From an uncultured Methanomicrobiales archaeon (lineage in GTDB: Archaea > Halobacteriota > Methanomicrobia > Methanomicrobiales > Methanospirillaceae): DNA of 24,000 bases. The translations under genes were made by a program, and so were the position numbers. Location: positions 22,026-46,025 of the forward strand of contig CAIYHQ010000110.1 of assembly GCA_903926075.1 (NCBI GenBank). The letters are read 5' to 3'. Shown in pieces: positions 7,050-15,299 of this stretch (position 1 is the first letter of the stretch; each line of letters begins with the position of its first letter). The notes under the pieces are model-generated. The model was not told the origin of the DNA, searched no databases, and worked only from the letters and a program-made list of their open reading frames with translations.

Positions 7050-8216
7050 TTAGCGATACATACTTAGATCTAAATCTGAATCATCAGCAATGACTTTTCC
7101 GGTCGCTTCCAGAAAGTCTACCTGTTCAATCTTTTTTGCTTCTCTTCTTACGGCAATCATACCTGCTTCCCTGCAAATTGCTTGGATCTCAGCTCCCGTC
7201 GTACCTTCAGTCAGTTCAACAATATCCGTAAGATTTACAGATTTATCCAGATGAAGTTTTTTTGTATGGATTTTTAAGATCGCAATTCTTGACCTCTCGT
7301 CAGGGAGTGGTATCTCAATTATACGGTCAAATCGACCAGGTCTAAGTAATGCAGGGTCAAGCATATCAACCCTGTTTGTTGCCGCCATTATACGGATCTC
7401 CCCACGGTTATCAAACCCGTCCATCTCGGCAAGAAGCTGCATAAGCGTCCGCTGCACTTCAGCACTCCCGGAAGTGCCGTCGTTGGTCCTCGTACTTCCT
7501 ATTGCATCAATTTCATCGATAAAAACAATTGATGGAGCTTTCTCACGTGCAAGCAGGAAGAGTTCGCGCACCAGCTGGGCACCTTCACCGATATATTTGT
7601 GAACAAGTTCACTTCCTGACATCCTGATAAACGTAGCTTTGGCCTCATGGGCTACAGCTTTTGCAACAAGAGTTTTTCCAGTGCCTGGAGCACCATAAAG
7701 AAGAATTCCTTTGGGTGGTTCAACGCCCAGTCGCTCAAAGATATAGGGTTTAGTCAGAGGATATTCAACTGATTCGCGTACCTCTTCAACCTGGTCTTCC
7801 AGGCCTCCGACCTGTTCAAAGGTAACATCGGGTGACTCTTCAAGTTCCATGATCCTTACCCTTGAGTCAAAAATATTTCCAACAATTCTGACGACCGAGA
7901 GTGCATTATTGACTGCAACTTTTATCCCGGGTTTGAGGAGCAGTTGCATCTCTTCTGATACAGAAGTAATGTATTCCTGGTTATTTCCCATCTGACGCAG
8001 GTATACTTCGCCATTTTCAAGGATATCTACAACTACTGCAACAAAAAGCGGGATTTTTTTTAACTGGCTTATCTCTTTGCGAAGTTGGTTGTTTTCCCTT
8101 AAAACCTCTTCAAAGCGTACTTTTACTTCGAGTGCGTGTGCCTCAAGTTCCTGAAGCCGCAGCTGGAACTTAAGTTCATTTTCATTGATTATGTTTTCAG
8201 GAATACTCTCCTGCAT
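7050..8216 (-). CDS. pan: Proteasome-activating nucleotidase (AAA+ ATPase PAN)
   Basis: N-terminal coiled coil; Walker A GAPGTGKT; Walker B IVFIDEIDA; second region of homology; C-terminal hydrophobic-Tyr-X tail (MYR). The maximal ORF extends to 8282, but that start would overlap the divergent gene. ATG 8216 has a TATA-like taataaat 28-35 nt upstream. Confidence 0.9.
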   Translation of the reverse strand: MQESIPENIINENELKFQLRLQELEAHALEVKVRFEEVLRENNQLRKEISQLKKIPLFVAVVVDILENGEVYLRQMGNNQEYITSVSEEMQLLLKPGIKVAVNNALSVVRIVGNIFDSRVRIMELEESPDVTFEQVGGLEDQVEEVRESVEYPLTKPYIFERLGVEPPKGILLYGAPGTGKTLVAKAVAHEAKATFIRMSGSELVHKYIGEGAQLVRELFLLAREKAPSIVFIDEIDAIGSTRTNDGTSGSAEVQRTLMQLLAEMDGFDNRGEIRIMAATNRVDMLDPALLRPGRFDRIIEIPLPDERSRIAILKIHTKKLHLDKSVNLTDIVELTEGTTGAEIQAICREAGMIAVRREAKKIEQVDFLEATGKVIADDSDLDLSMYR

Positions 8217-8221
8217 AGCAC

Positions 8222-8251
8222 TTATTAGATAATCACTCGCCACATTTATTA
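8222..8251. promoter_or_regulatory. Bidirectional promoter region (two AT-rich TATA-like elements)
   Basis: ttattagataat (8222-8233) lies ~27-38 nt upstream of ATG 8260. atttatta (8244-8251), read on the minus strand, lies 28-35 nt upstream of ATG 8216. Confidence 0.35.
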
Positions 8252-8259
8252 GGTTTGAT

Positions 8260-8658
8260 ATGCGCATAAGTGGAAGAAGCATCGCACGCGGGCATGGAAA
8301 AGGAGAAATACTCGTTAGTCATGAGCCAATCTCATTTCTTTCCGGGGTTGATCCTGATACAGGTACAATAATTGAGAAGGGAAATCCTCTTGAGGGGAGA
8401 TCAATTACAGGAACGGTTTTTGTATTCCCTGAAGGAAAAGGATCAACAGTAGGTTCATATATCCTCTATGCACTGGGGAAAAACGGTCATGGACCTGCAG
8501 CGATAATTAACCGCGATACCGAACCTATTGTTGCAGTAGGGGCTATAATTGGAGGAATCCCACTTGTCGACCGTCCGGACGTCCCGTTTTCAGCTTTCAA
8601 AAATGGAGTCATTGCTGAGGTAAATGGAGATACAGGGGAGATAATTCTCTTTTTATGA
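8260..8658 (+). CDS. Aconitase-X small (swivel, DUF126) subunit; probable phosphomevalonate dehydratase small subunit
   Basis: 132 aa. G.GKGEILVS.EPISFLSGVDP.TG.I.......EG.SI.G.V.VFP.GKGSTVGSY.LY......GP.AII matches the DUF126/AcnX small-subunit pattern. This family acts in the modified archaeal mevalonate pathway. Confidence 0.65.
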   Translation: MRISGRSIARGHGKGEILVSHEPISFLSGVDPDTGTIIEKGNPLEGRSITGTVFVFPEGKGSTVGSYILYALGKNGHGPAAIINRDTEPIVAVGAIIGGIPLVDRPDVPFSAFKNGVIAEVNGDTGEIILFL

Positions 8659-8710
8659 ACAAGGATATGTTTCATATTTTATAAATAGAAGTTCTTCTGA
8701 TTGAAGAGGT

Positions 8711-9256
8711 ATGGACAACTTGGCTGATTTGGTTGGAACAGTTGCGGGACTCATGACAATCTCTGCGAGAACCGCCCCTAAAGCTAAAGGAATTGATATG
8801 CTTTCATACCGGATACTGATGGGTGAAGATCTGATTAAACTGGCTGCCGAAGTTAAGCGATATGGAGAAGAAATGCATCTGAACTTTTTTTTAAGGGATG
8901 CAAAAAACATTGAGAGTTCTGATGCCTGTGTAATTATCGGACTTAATTCAAAAAGTATTACCGATTTAAACTGCGGAGCATGCGGATTTGCCAGATGTGA
9001 AGATATGCAGAATGCGCCCACTTTTACAGGTGGTCCTTTCAGTGGACCAAACTGCCAGGTAAGGGTTACTGATCTGGGAATTGCCGTAGGTTCGGCGGTA
9101 AAGACCGCACAAATGCATAATATTGACAACAGGGTGATGTTTACTGCAGGTGTAGGTGCAATAAAACTGGGATTTCTCCCTGGATGTAACATGGCGTACG
9201 GCATCCCCCTTAAAGCCGGAGGTAAGAATATTTTCTTTGACAGGATACAAGGATAA
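8711..9256 (+). CDS. DUF2148-like protein with a Cys cluster (ferredoxin-domain-containing protein, COG4739-like)
   Basis: ARTAPKAKGID...NCGACGFARCEDM...GPNCQ...GSAVKTA fits my recollection of DUF2148. The antisense 183-aa ORF is rejected. Confidence 0.6.
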   Translation: MDNLADLVGTVAGLMTISARTAPKAKGIDMLSYRILMGEDLIKLAAEVKRYGEEMHLNFFLRDAKNIESSDACVIIGLNSKSITDLNCGACGFARCEDMQNAPTFTGGPFSGPNCQVRVTDLGIAVGSAVKTAQMHNIDNRVMFTAGVGAIKLGFLPGCNMAYGIPLKAGGKNIFFDRIQG

Positions 9257-9260
9257 TGCG

Positions 9261-10334
9261 ATGACTGTTATGAAGATACGCGGGGGAGATCTTGACCTTG
9301 TTGAATACCATTTTACGTCATTTCTCCCTGGTGAAATAATCAATCCTCTCCCTACAGAGAAAAAAATAACATTGACACCAAAAAGTGGCAAGGTAACCGC
9401 CGAAGCTCCAGCCAGGATACACCTCACTGTCCTTGATATGAACCGGTTCTCACCTCGACGTCCTGGAGGAGGCGGAGTGGGGTTTGCAATACAACTTTAC
9501 TCAAAAGTTGAAGTTTCGTGTACAGAGAATGATATAGAGATAGATTATACTCGTCCGGGAATTCTCACTCATCTGGCCTTTGTTATGAAGAAAATAACCG
9601 GGTACAAAGGCGGATTTAGAATAAAAGCTTACGAACATGAGCACACCCATGTGGGACTTGGTTCGACAAGTACTGTAATGACCGCGAGCGCTCTTGCAAT
9701 GAACCACATACTTGGAGAGCCACTCTCCAATTCAGAAGTAAGAAATTTAATCGGATATAATTATGTTGAGGAAACTGAGGAAGGAAAAGTAATCTTCGGG
9801 TTTGAAACCGGTGTCGGGCCTGCAGTCTGTTCTCTTGGGGGAATGGCAGTTATGGGCGATGAACTGACGCTTATTTTCCAGCATCCTTTTGCTTTTGGAA
9901 AAAATGTGTTTATTGTAATCCCTCCAATCGTCATTTCTTCTTCAGGCGAGCATGAGTTTGATCTCCTTATGAACAGAGCGAGATCCCTTGATTATCGTGA
10001 CAGGGAGTTAAAAGCCTATATGATGATGATGGATTTAATCCCTGCTCTTGAAAAAGGAGATCTGAAAAAGATAGGCGAAGTTATTTGGGAAACAGAGTTC
10101 AGAGGCTCAAAAAGGGCTGAGATCGAGCACCATGGATTTGGCATTTACCAGTATATGGCAAAGATGCGCGACTCCGGACTAGAATTTGTAGGTATGAGTT
10201 CAGTAGGGCCATCAATAGCAATTGTTACTGAACGGACAGAGGAGGAGGTCGGAAAGATTATTGAAAAAATTGGTCTTTCAATTACAATTGCAACAAAGGT
10301 CGATAATACAGGTATTATAATAAAATCCGGTTAG
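9261..10334 (+). CDS. mptG: Beta-ribofuranosylaminobenzene 5'-phosphate (beta-RFAP) synthase, first committed step of methanopterin biosynthesis
   Basis: GHMP-kinase-fold signature (APARIHLTVLDMN..., GLGSTSTV). Length and N-terminus are typical of archaeal RFAP synthases. ATG 9261 is preferred over the track start TTG 9237. Confidence 0.75.
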   Translation: MTVMKIRGGDLDLVEYHFTSFLPGEIINPLPTEKKITLTPKSGKVTAEAPARIHLTVLDMNRFSPRRPGGGGVGFAIQLYSKVEVSCTENDIEIDYTRPGILTHLAFVMKKITGYKGGFRIKAYEHEHTHVGLGSTSTVMTASALAMNHILGEPLSNSEVRNLIGYNYVEETEEGKVIFGFETGVGPAVCSLGGMAVMGDELTLIFQHPFAFGKNVFIVIPPIVISSSGEHEFDLLMNRARSLDYRDRELKAYMMMMDLIPALEKGDLKKIGEVIWETEFRGSKRAEIEHHGFGIYQYMAKMRDSGLEFVGMSSVGPSIAIVTERTEEEVGKIIEKIGLSITIATKVDNTGIIIKSG

Positions 10335-10360
10335 TAAAAAAGGGGAAAAATAATTTTTTT
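10335..10360. terminator. Bidirectional oligo-T/oligo-A terminator region between convergent genes
   Basis: gtaaaaaaggggaaaaataattttttt gives a T7 run on the plus strand and T5 + T6 runs on the minus strand. Confidence 0.4.
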
Positions 10361-10859
10361 ACTGTACATTAATATTCAAAACATAGGTCGTATCACCTGC
10401 AGTCGGTGTCTCCCAGGAACGGCGGTATACTGCCGAAAATTTCTGTGATCCTTTTTGCATAGCGACGAGGTCCCATGTATGTGTACCGCTTGCACCTGCA
10501 AGATTTGAATTAGGGGCATTATATACATCTTTCATGACTGTAAGACCTGGAGTTACGGTTGCATTCCACATATATCCGGTTGTAGGGTTTTCATTCAGAG
10601 TTATTGTAATGTGATTCGTCACTGGTACGGCAACGGTTTTTCCGTTGTCAGCGTCAGTGTATGAATATGTTTCAGATCCTGCAGTCGGAATTGAGGCAAC
10701 CATAGTATTTTGCACTACCGTTTGTTGTGTTGCAGGTACGCTTGTTCCGGTAGAGCTTCCCGTTGTGCTCGGCGCACTACATCCCGCGGCCAGTAGGAGA
10801 ACTACCAATGAAACTGCGATGAACAGTACCTTGTATTTTTTCTCAACCATCTTTCTCAC
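10359..10859 (-). CDS. Chagasin-family (I42) cysteine-peptidase inhibitor, predicted lipoprotein
   Basis: Signal peptide with lipobox LAAGC. The three chagasin loops are NPTTGYMW, AGASGTH and YRRSWE. Confidence 0.75.
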   Translation of the reverse strand: MRKMVEKKYKVLFIAVSLVVLLLAAGCSAPSTTGSSTGTSVPATQQTVVQNTMVASIPTAGSETYSYTDADNGKTVAVPVTNHITITLNENPTTGYMWNATVTPGLTVMKDVYNAPNSNLAGASGTHTWDLVAMQKGSQKFSAVYRRSWETPTAGDTTYVLNINVQ

Positions 10860-10983
10860 ACCTTTATGTAATGCATAAAAAGGTAAAAGTTTAACCTTCT
10901 ATACTGTTTCGAGTGAAAATAGTAATTTTGAATTTTTTATCTCTCCGGAAAAAAAGTCTGGTGATAACAGACGGGAACTTCTA

Positions 10984-11325
10984 ATGCATGAATATAGCAT
11001 TGCTTACGACATTTTTGCAACCGCAAAGAAAGCAGCACTTGAAAACAATGCTCTCACTGTGCAAAAGATACATGTTGAAATCGGGGAGTTAGCTATGGCA
11101 AGTAAAGATCAAATTGAGTTTCTTTTTACGGTTATTGCAGCTGATGACCCTCTTTTTACTAATTCAATAATAGTTTGTACTGAAGGTAAACTTCAGTCTG
11201 TTTGCAGATGCGGCTATGAAGGAAACGAGAGGTTTATATGCCCTGTCTGCGGGGCTTTGCCGGAAATAAAGAAGGGCAGAGAGATTCTTGTTCAGAACGT
11301 CGAGATAGAGGTGGAAGATAAATGA
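10984..11325 (+). CDS. hypA: Hydrogenase nickel-insertion protein HypA
   Basis: N-terminal MHE nickel motif; zinc site CRCG...CPVCG; 113 aa. Confidence 0.9.
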   Translation: MHEYSIAYDIFATAKKAALENNALTVQKIHVEIGELAMASKDQIEFLFTVIAADDPLFTNSIIVCTEGKLQSVCRCGYEGNERFICPVCGALPEIKKGREILVQNVEIEVEDK

Positions 11326-12317
11326 AAGTCTCATTAATGCATGGCGCAGGTGGTGAAGTTATGGGAGAACTCCTCCAGACACTTACAAAATTCACGCACA
11401 ATAATGCTGGTGGAATTGGACTTGAAGCCCTGGACGATGGAGCAGTTATTCCTATTAACGGTCTTAATATTACTTTTACCACAGATTCACATGTAGTAAA
11501 ACCGATATTTTTCCCGGGCGGGGATATTGGAAGGATTGCTGTATCCGGGACAATAAACGATCTGGCAGTAATGGGAGCAAAACCAATTGCACTTTCCTGC
11601 GGGATGATAATTGAAGAGGGTTTTTTGATTGAAGATCTTGAAAGGATAGTTAAATCAATGGATGACGCACTTGGAGAGGCTGGTGCGAACCTAGTAACAG
11701 GCGACACGAAAGTTGTAGAGAAAGGAGCTCTCGATTCAATCATCATAAATACTGCAGGGATCGGTATTGCAGAGAGAATCATTCGTGACAACGGACTGGT
11801 CCCGGGTGACAGGATAATTTCAAGCGGTACATTAGGTGATCATGGGATTGCAATACTTGCACACAGGGAAGGATTTGATCTTGGTTCGCAGATCCATTCT
11901 GACGTTGCTCCTTTATGGGGTCTTATTGAAAATGCCCTCAGATCAGGTGAAATTCATGCCATGAAAGATCCTACGAGGGGTGGATTTGCAAGTGTTATAA
12001 ATGAGATGGCAAGAAAATCCGGTGTTTCTGTTAGGATTCAGGAGGAATCCCTGCCATTTCGAAAGAATGTTGCAAGTGCAGCAAAAATGCTTGGTATCGA
12101 CCCACTTGAAGTGGCAAACGAGGGAAAAGTAATCATGGGTGTTCCGGAAAGGGATGCGGAAGCTGTCCTGAATGCACTTAAGTCGCACAAATATGGAAGA
12201 GACGCTGCAATTGTCGGCATTGTGACAGAGGGGTCCCATGTCATTCTTGAAACGGCAATTGGTGGTGAGAGGTTCATTGAACCACCAATGGGAGACCCGG
12301 TTCCAAGGGTCTGCTGA
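11322..12317 (+). CDS. hypE: Hydrogenase maturation protein HypE (carbamoyl dehydratase)
   Basis: AIR-synthase-like fold motifs; C-terminal PRVC with the catalytic terminal Cys; ATGA overlap with hypA. Confidence 0.9.
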   Translation: MKVSLMHGAGGEVMGELLQTLTKFTHNNAGGIGLEALDDGAVIPINGLNITFTTDSHVVKPIFFPGGDIGRIAVSGTINDLAVMGAKPIALSCGMIIEEGFLIEDLERIVKSMDDALGEAGANLVTGDTKVVEKGALDSIIINTAGIGIAERIIRDNGLVPGDRIISSGTLGDHGIAILAHREGFDLGSQIHSDVAPLWGLIENALRSGEIHAMKDPTRGGFASVINEMARKSGVSVRIQEESLPFRKNVASAAKMLGIDPLEVANEGKVIMGVPERDAEAVLNALKSHKYGRDAAIVGIVTEGSHVILETAIGGERFIEPPMGDPVPRVC

Positions 12318-12322
12318 TTGAA

Positions 12323-12895
12323 TTAAAGAGATGAAAACCCAAGATAATTCATTAATAATTTAAGAGCCTCCTGCTCTCCTGGTCCACCACATCGCCTGAC
12401 AATCGATGCATGATGGATAATTAACTTTTTTAATTCTATGTCCTTATTCATGAGGAAACGTGTCCCGTGTACCGATGCTTCGATTATGCTATTGAAACCA
12501 CGGTTTATAGGGCGAATTCGGTTTTCGAGAATCTCTTCCTTTAGAGGTTGAAGATTTATTACAACAGCATTTTCAGTCTCTTTTTGAATAGTAGTACGAA
12601 ATGCAATCCAGGCATCTGTATTAACAAGACGATCTATGTTCAATCCATCAACAACCTCATCTTTTAGAGAGGATGCTTCCAGATCAGAGAAGGCGGTCTT
12701 CACATAGATGCAGGGGTCATAACTAATGTTTGCAACAACCCAGCCTTCCGACCTCACCCGTTCAAACGTGTGTGTCCCCCGAAACAGGATCATTTCAAAT
12801 GAATTATCTTTCCTGATAACGCCTATTGGTGCGGCATTTCCTTTGGTCGTTGCAATTACTTCATTAATTCCTTCATTCAAAATTCCCAATTCCAA
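12323..12895 (-). CDS. DUF447 family protein (H4MPT-biosynthesis-linked, biochemical role unassigned)
   Basis: N-terminus GINEVIATTKGNAAPIGVI...FRGTHTFERV...GWVVANIS fits DUF447. It overlaps the upstream CitG-like gene by 19 nt. Confidence 0.65.
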   Translation of the reverse strand: MELGILNEGINEVIATTKGNAAPIGVIRKDNSFEMILFRGTHTFERVRSEGWVVANISYDPCIYVKTAFSDLEASSLKDEVVDGLNIDRLVNTDAWIAFRTTIQKETENAVVINLQPLKEEILENRIRPINRGFNSIIEASVHGTRFLMNKDIELKKLIIHHASIVRRCGGPGEQEALKLLMNYLGFSSL

Positions 12896-13707
12896 CCCTC
12901 CCCCAGAGCCAGATATATCCCTGCAATAATTAGATCTGCTGTTGATCCAGGGTTAATGTGTTTACATATGCACCACTCATCAAAATCCTCTATAGAATAA
13001 ACACCTTTAATAACTTCATTTGCCTTTTTAAGGACCTCATATGCAGTATCTTTCCCGTGTTTCTTCTGAATAAATGTATCAGGTTCAAGAGCAAGGAGCG
13101 AGATAAAAGCGGATGTTATTGCACAACGACCTGTGCCGGAAGAAAGTATGAGATCGCGTGCTCTCCCTGTCAAAGGAAATCCGTTCACCCATTCACGCGC
13201 AATCATGTCATTCTCTTTTGAGTGCTGCATAATATCAAAAAGAGTCAGTCCCTCTCTTTCGATTGCTTCAACTGCGCCTGGGTCGTTTACATCGATAGAA
13301 TCGCTGGGCAATATCCTGACTTCTGTGAGGCCGAAGGCCTTGTAAAAAAAAACAGCATCTTTAACTGTTGTATTACGGACCAGATAGTACGCCTCCTTAA
13401 GATCTGATGTACGCATTAGTGGAACGAGAAGCAGAAATGCACCGAAATGCGTATTACCTCCATTATGGCGGTGTGTTGTTTTAACGAGCCGGTATAATTG
13501 TTCTCCAATGGAATAACCTGAATATAGAACTTCATCAAGTGCAGGTCGTGCAAAAATTATGGACGCGAGGAAATGTTCAAGTTTTGTGCCTTCATAGTCA
13601 TGACAGCGGTCAACATTCCCGGGTTTTGGATATGCCGTCACCTCAAGGACCATTGCGAGCTGGGCCTGTTCAGCTTTCGTCTGGAATTTCGTCTTTTGAA
13701 AAGACAT
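12877..13707 (-). CDS. Triphosphoribosyl-dephospho-CoA synthase (CitG/MdcB)-like protein, H4MPT-linked paralog
   Basis: LEVTAYPKPGNVDR..D...T...F..S and GGNTHFGAFLLL match CitG family motifs. Confidence 0.75.
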   Translation of the reverse strand: MSFQKTKFQTKAEQAQLAMVLEVTAYPKPGNVDRCHDYEGTKLEHFLASIIFARPALDEVLYSGYSIGEQLYRLVKTTHRHNGGNTHFGAFLLLVPLMRTSDLKEAYYLVRNTTVKDAVFFYKAFGLTEVRILPSDSIDVNDPGAVEAIEREGLTLFDIMQHSKENDMIAREWVNGFPLTGRARDLILSSGTGRCAITSAFISLLALEPDTFIQKKHGKDTAYEVLKKANEVIKGVYSIEDFDEWCICKHINPGSTADLIIAGIYLALGEGWNWEF

Positions 13708-14818
13708 AATCGAGAATTTTTTCTGAAAGTTCCTGCTTCATCTTCATATACCGAGCCATTGGAATTTTTTGTTCCTTTAACACCATATCGCGAAACATAC
13801 AGGGGGATGAATCTTTACAACACCACGAAAGGCTACCAAAACAAGTCTCTTTCCCTTTTTCGAGTTGTGTACCTTTTACAAGCTCACTTTTTAGGTCCAT
13901 ATATTCGCGTGGAGATAGGTGAATCCTCTTTAAAAACGGCATAAGAGGGCACTCCTTCACCGGCATGCAACAAAATGCAAGTGCCCTGATATCTCCTCCC
14001 CTGCAGAGTTGTTTAGGAGCGTTGTACCATCCATGGCCTTGGGCATTACTTCTGGCCCATTCATCAAGTGTTGATAGTGTATTTACATCAGAATGGCGCG
14101 CGACAGATACCAGGTCTGCTCCATGTGACAACATTTCTTTCATCACATGCGGTGTGTTAATCGAGTTATTTGCTATGAGGGTCATTGGTACACTGTTTCG
14201 TATCTGCCTGATGCGCTGATAACCAAAATCCATCAGGTCTACATGACAAATATCTACCCCTTCCTTCCAGAGTGACTTTGCAAGCAGACTATCATTTTGA
14301 CTTACTCCTGCGCGTATCTTTACTGATACTGTAACTCCCTCCCTTTTTAAGGCTTTTATAATCTCTCTAAGTTTTTCAGGGTGGGTGAGGAGATATTCGC
14401 CGCTTCCTGCCCTGATAAATGCTTCCTGCCTGCAATGCGCGTCTATCTCATAGATTATCTTGTCACCAAGGGCGAAAACAGCCTCAAGAAATGGTTCCGG
14501 ATTGGTTGCACGCAAATTAAATCCGGTAACTACTCCACTGCCCTGCATTGCACCAGCCTGTATTGATATTTCATCAAAAGGCTCGTCTGGCAGAAATTCA
14601 GCTCGTCCGCTATCTGCAAGCTCGCGTCCTGCTGCAATAGTTGCGGTATCAATCGAGTAACCCCCGAGGAATGCAGCTCCAATGTGTTCTTTTCTCTCCA
14701 GAGCATATCGGGCATCTACAATTCCTGCCATGGATGAAAGGGCAACAGGCGTCTTTAGGGTAGTTCCTTCAAGAAGAATGGGAAAATTCCCGGACTCTGG
14801 ATTCATGATTTTATACAT
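13670..14818 (-). CDS. Dus/DHOD-like FMN TIM-barrel protein with C-terminal eight-Cys domain (resembles methanogenesis marker domain 9)
   Basis: PVALSSMAGIVD...GAAFLGG and EIDAHCRQEAFIRAGSGEYLLTHPEKLREIIKALK..GVTVSVKIRAG parallel dihydrouridine-synthase motifs. The C-terminus carries C-x10-FCC-x5-C and C-x6-WCC-x5-C. Confidence 0.65.
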   Translation of the reverse strand: MYKIMNPESGNFPILLEGTTLKTPVALSSMAGIVDARYALERKEHIGAAFLGGYSIDTATIAAGRELADSGRAEFLPDEPFDEISIQAGAMQGSGVVTGFNLRATNPEPFLEAVFALGDKIIYEIDAHCRQEAFIRAGSGEYLLTHPEKLREIIKALKREGVTVSVKIRAGVSQNDSLLAKSLWKEGVDICHVDLMDFGYQRIRQIRNSVPMTLIANNSINTPHVMKEMLSHGADLVSVARHSDVNTLSTLDEWARSNAQGHGWYNAPKQLCRGGDIRALAFCCMPVKECPLMPFLKRIHLSPREYMDLKSELVKGTQLEKGKETCFGSLSWCCKDSSPCMFRDMVLKEQKIPMARYMKMKQELSEKILDYVFSKDEIPDES

Positions 14819-14897
14819 ATTTGTAAGAAGGGGAACATTATTCCTTTCTATTGAACATGTAATAATTTTTAATTGTAATAGTACTACCTTTTAAGAT

Positions 14898-15299
14898 ATG
14901 TCAAAGTCAGGAATGTTACTCGTAGGCCATGGTAGTAAACTCCCTTATAACAAAGACCTTGTTTTGTCAGTAGGAGACCTTATTGCAGAGAAATCAGACG
15001 ATTACATTGTGAGGTGTGCATTTATGAACATGAACACTCCCTCAATTAAAGAAGCTCTAGAGAGTTTTTCAAACGAGGACATTGTTAACATCGTAGTAGT
15101 ACCACTTTTCCTGGCAAAAGGAGTTCATATATTAAAAGACATTCCTGAACTCATTAACCTCCCAGAGGGCCAGACGAAAGGAACGCTCCAGTTAAATGGA
15201 AAAACAATACCTCTTGTGTACGCTGACCCGATTGGAAGTGACCCGCTTCTTGCTGATCTTATGCTCAAGAATGCAAAGGTTGCCCTTTCAGCACTTTAA
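14898..15299 (+). CDS. cfbA: Small CbiX-type chelatase: sirohydrochlorin nickelochelatase CfbA
   Basis: 133-aa CbiX(S) protein (LLVGHGSKLPYNK...VVPLFLAKGVH) sitting directly upstream of cfbE, cfbD and cfbB. Confidence 0.85.
   Translation: MSKSGMLLVGHGSKLPYNKDLVLSVGDLIAEKSDDYIVRCAFMNMNTPSIKEALESFSNEDIVNIVVVPLFLAKGVHILKDIPELINLPEGQTKGTLQLNGKTIPLVYADPIGSDPLLADLMLKNAKVALSAL

Noticed and set aside
8653-9204. 183-aa minus-strand ORF
   Set aside because: It is entirely antisense to the DUF2148-like gene, which has recognisable conserved motifs. Its own product is a low-complexity S/P/A/I-rich sequence with no motifs, which is typical of a shadow ORF.
10860-10983. Short inverted repeat gtctg-n7-cagac upstream of hypA
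   Set aside because: The stem is only 5 bp and overlaps a GGTGAT Shine-Dalgarno-like element. It is too weak to call a regulatory hairpin or riboswitch.
11234-11791. 185-aa minus-strand ORF
   Set aside because: It is antisense to hypA/hypE, which are unambiguous. The composition is S/P/I-rich shadow-frame.
13573-13944. 123-aa plus-strand ORF, and other plus-strand ORFs between 12726 and 14894
   Set aside because: They are antisense to the overlapping DUF447 / CitG-like / TIM-barrel operon, whose products carry family motifs.
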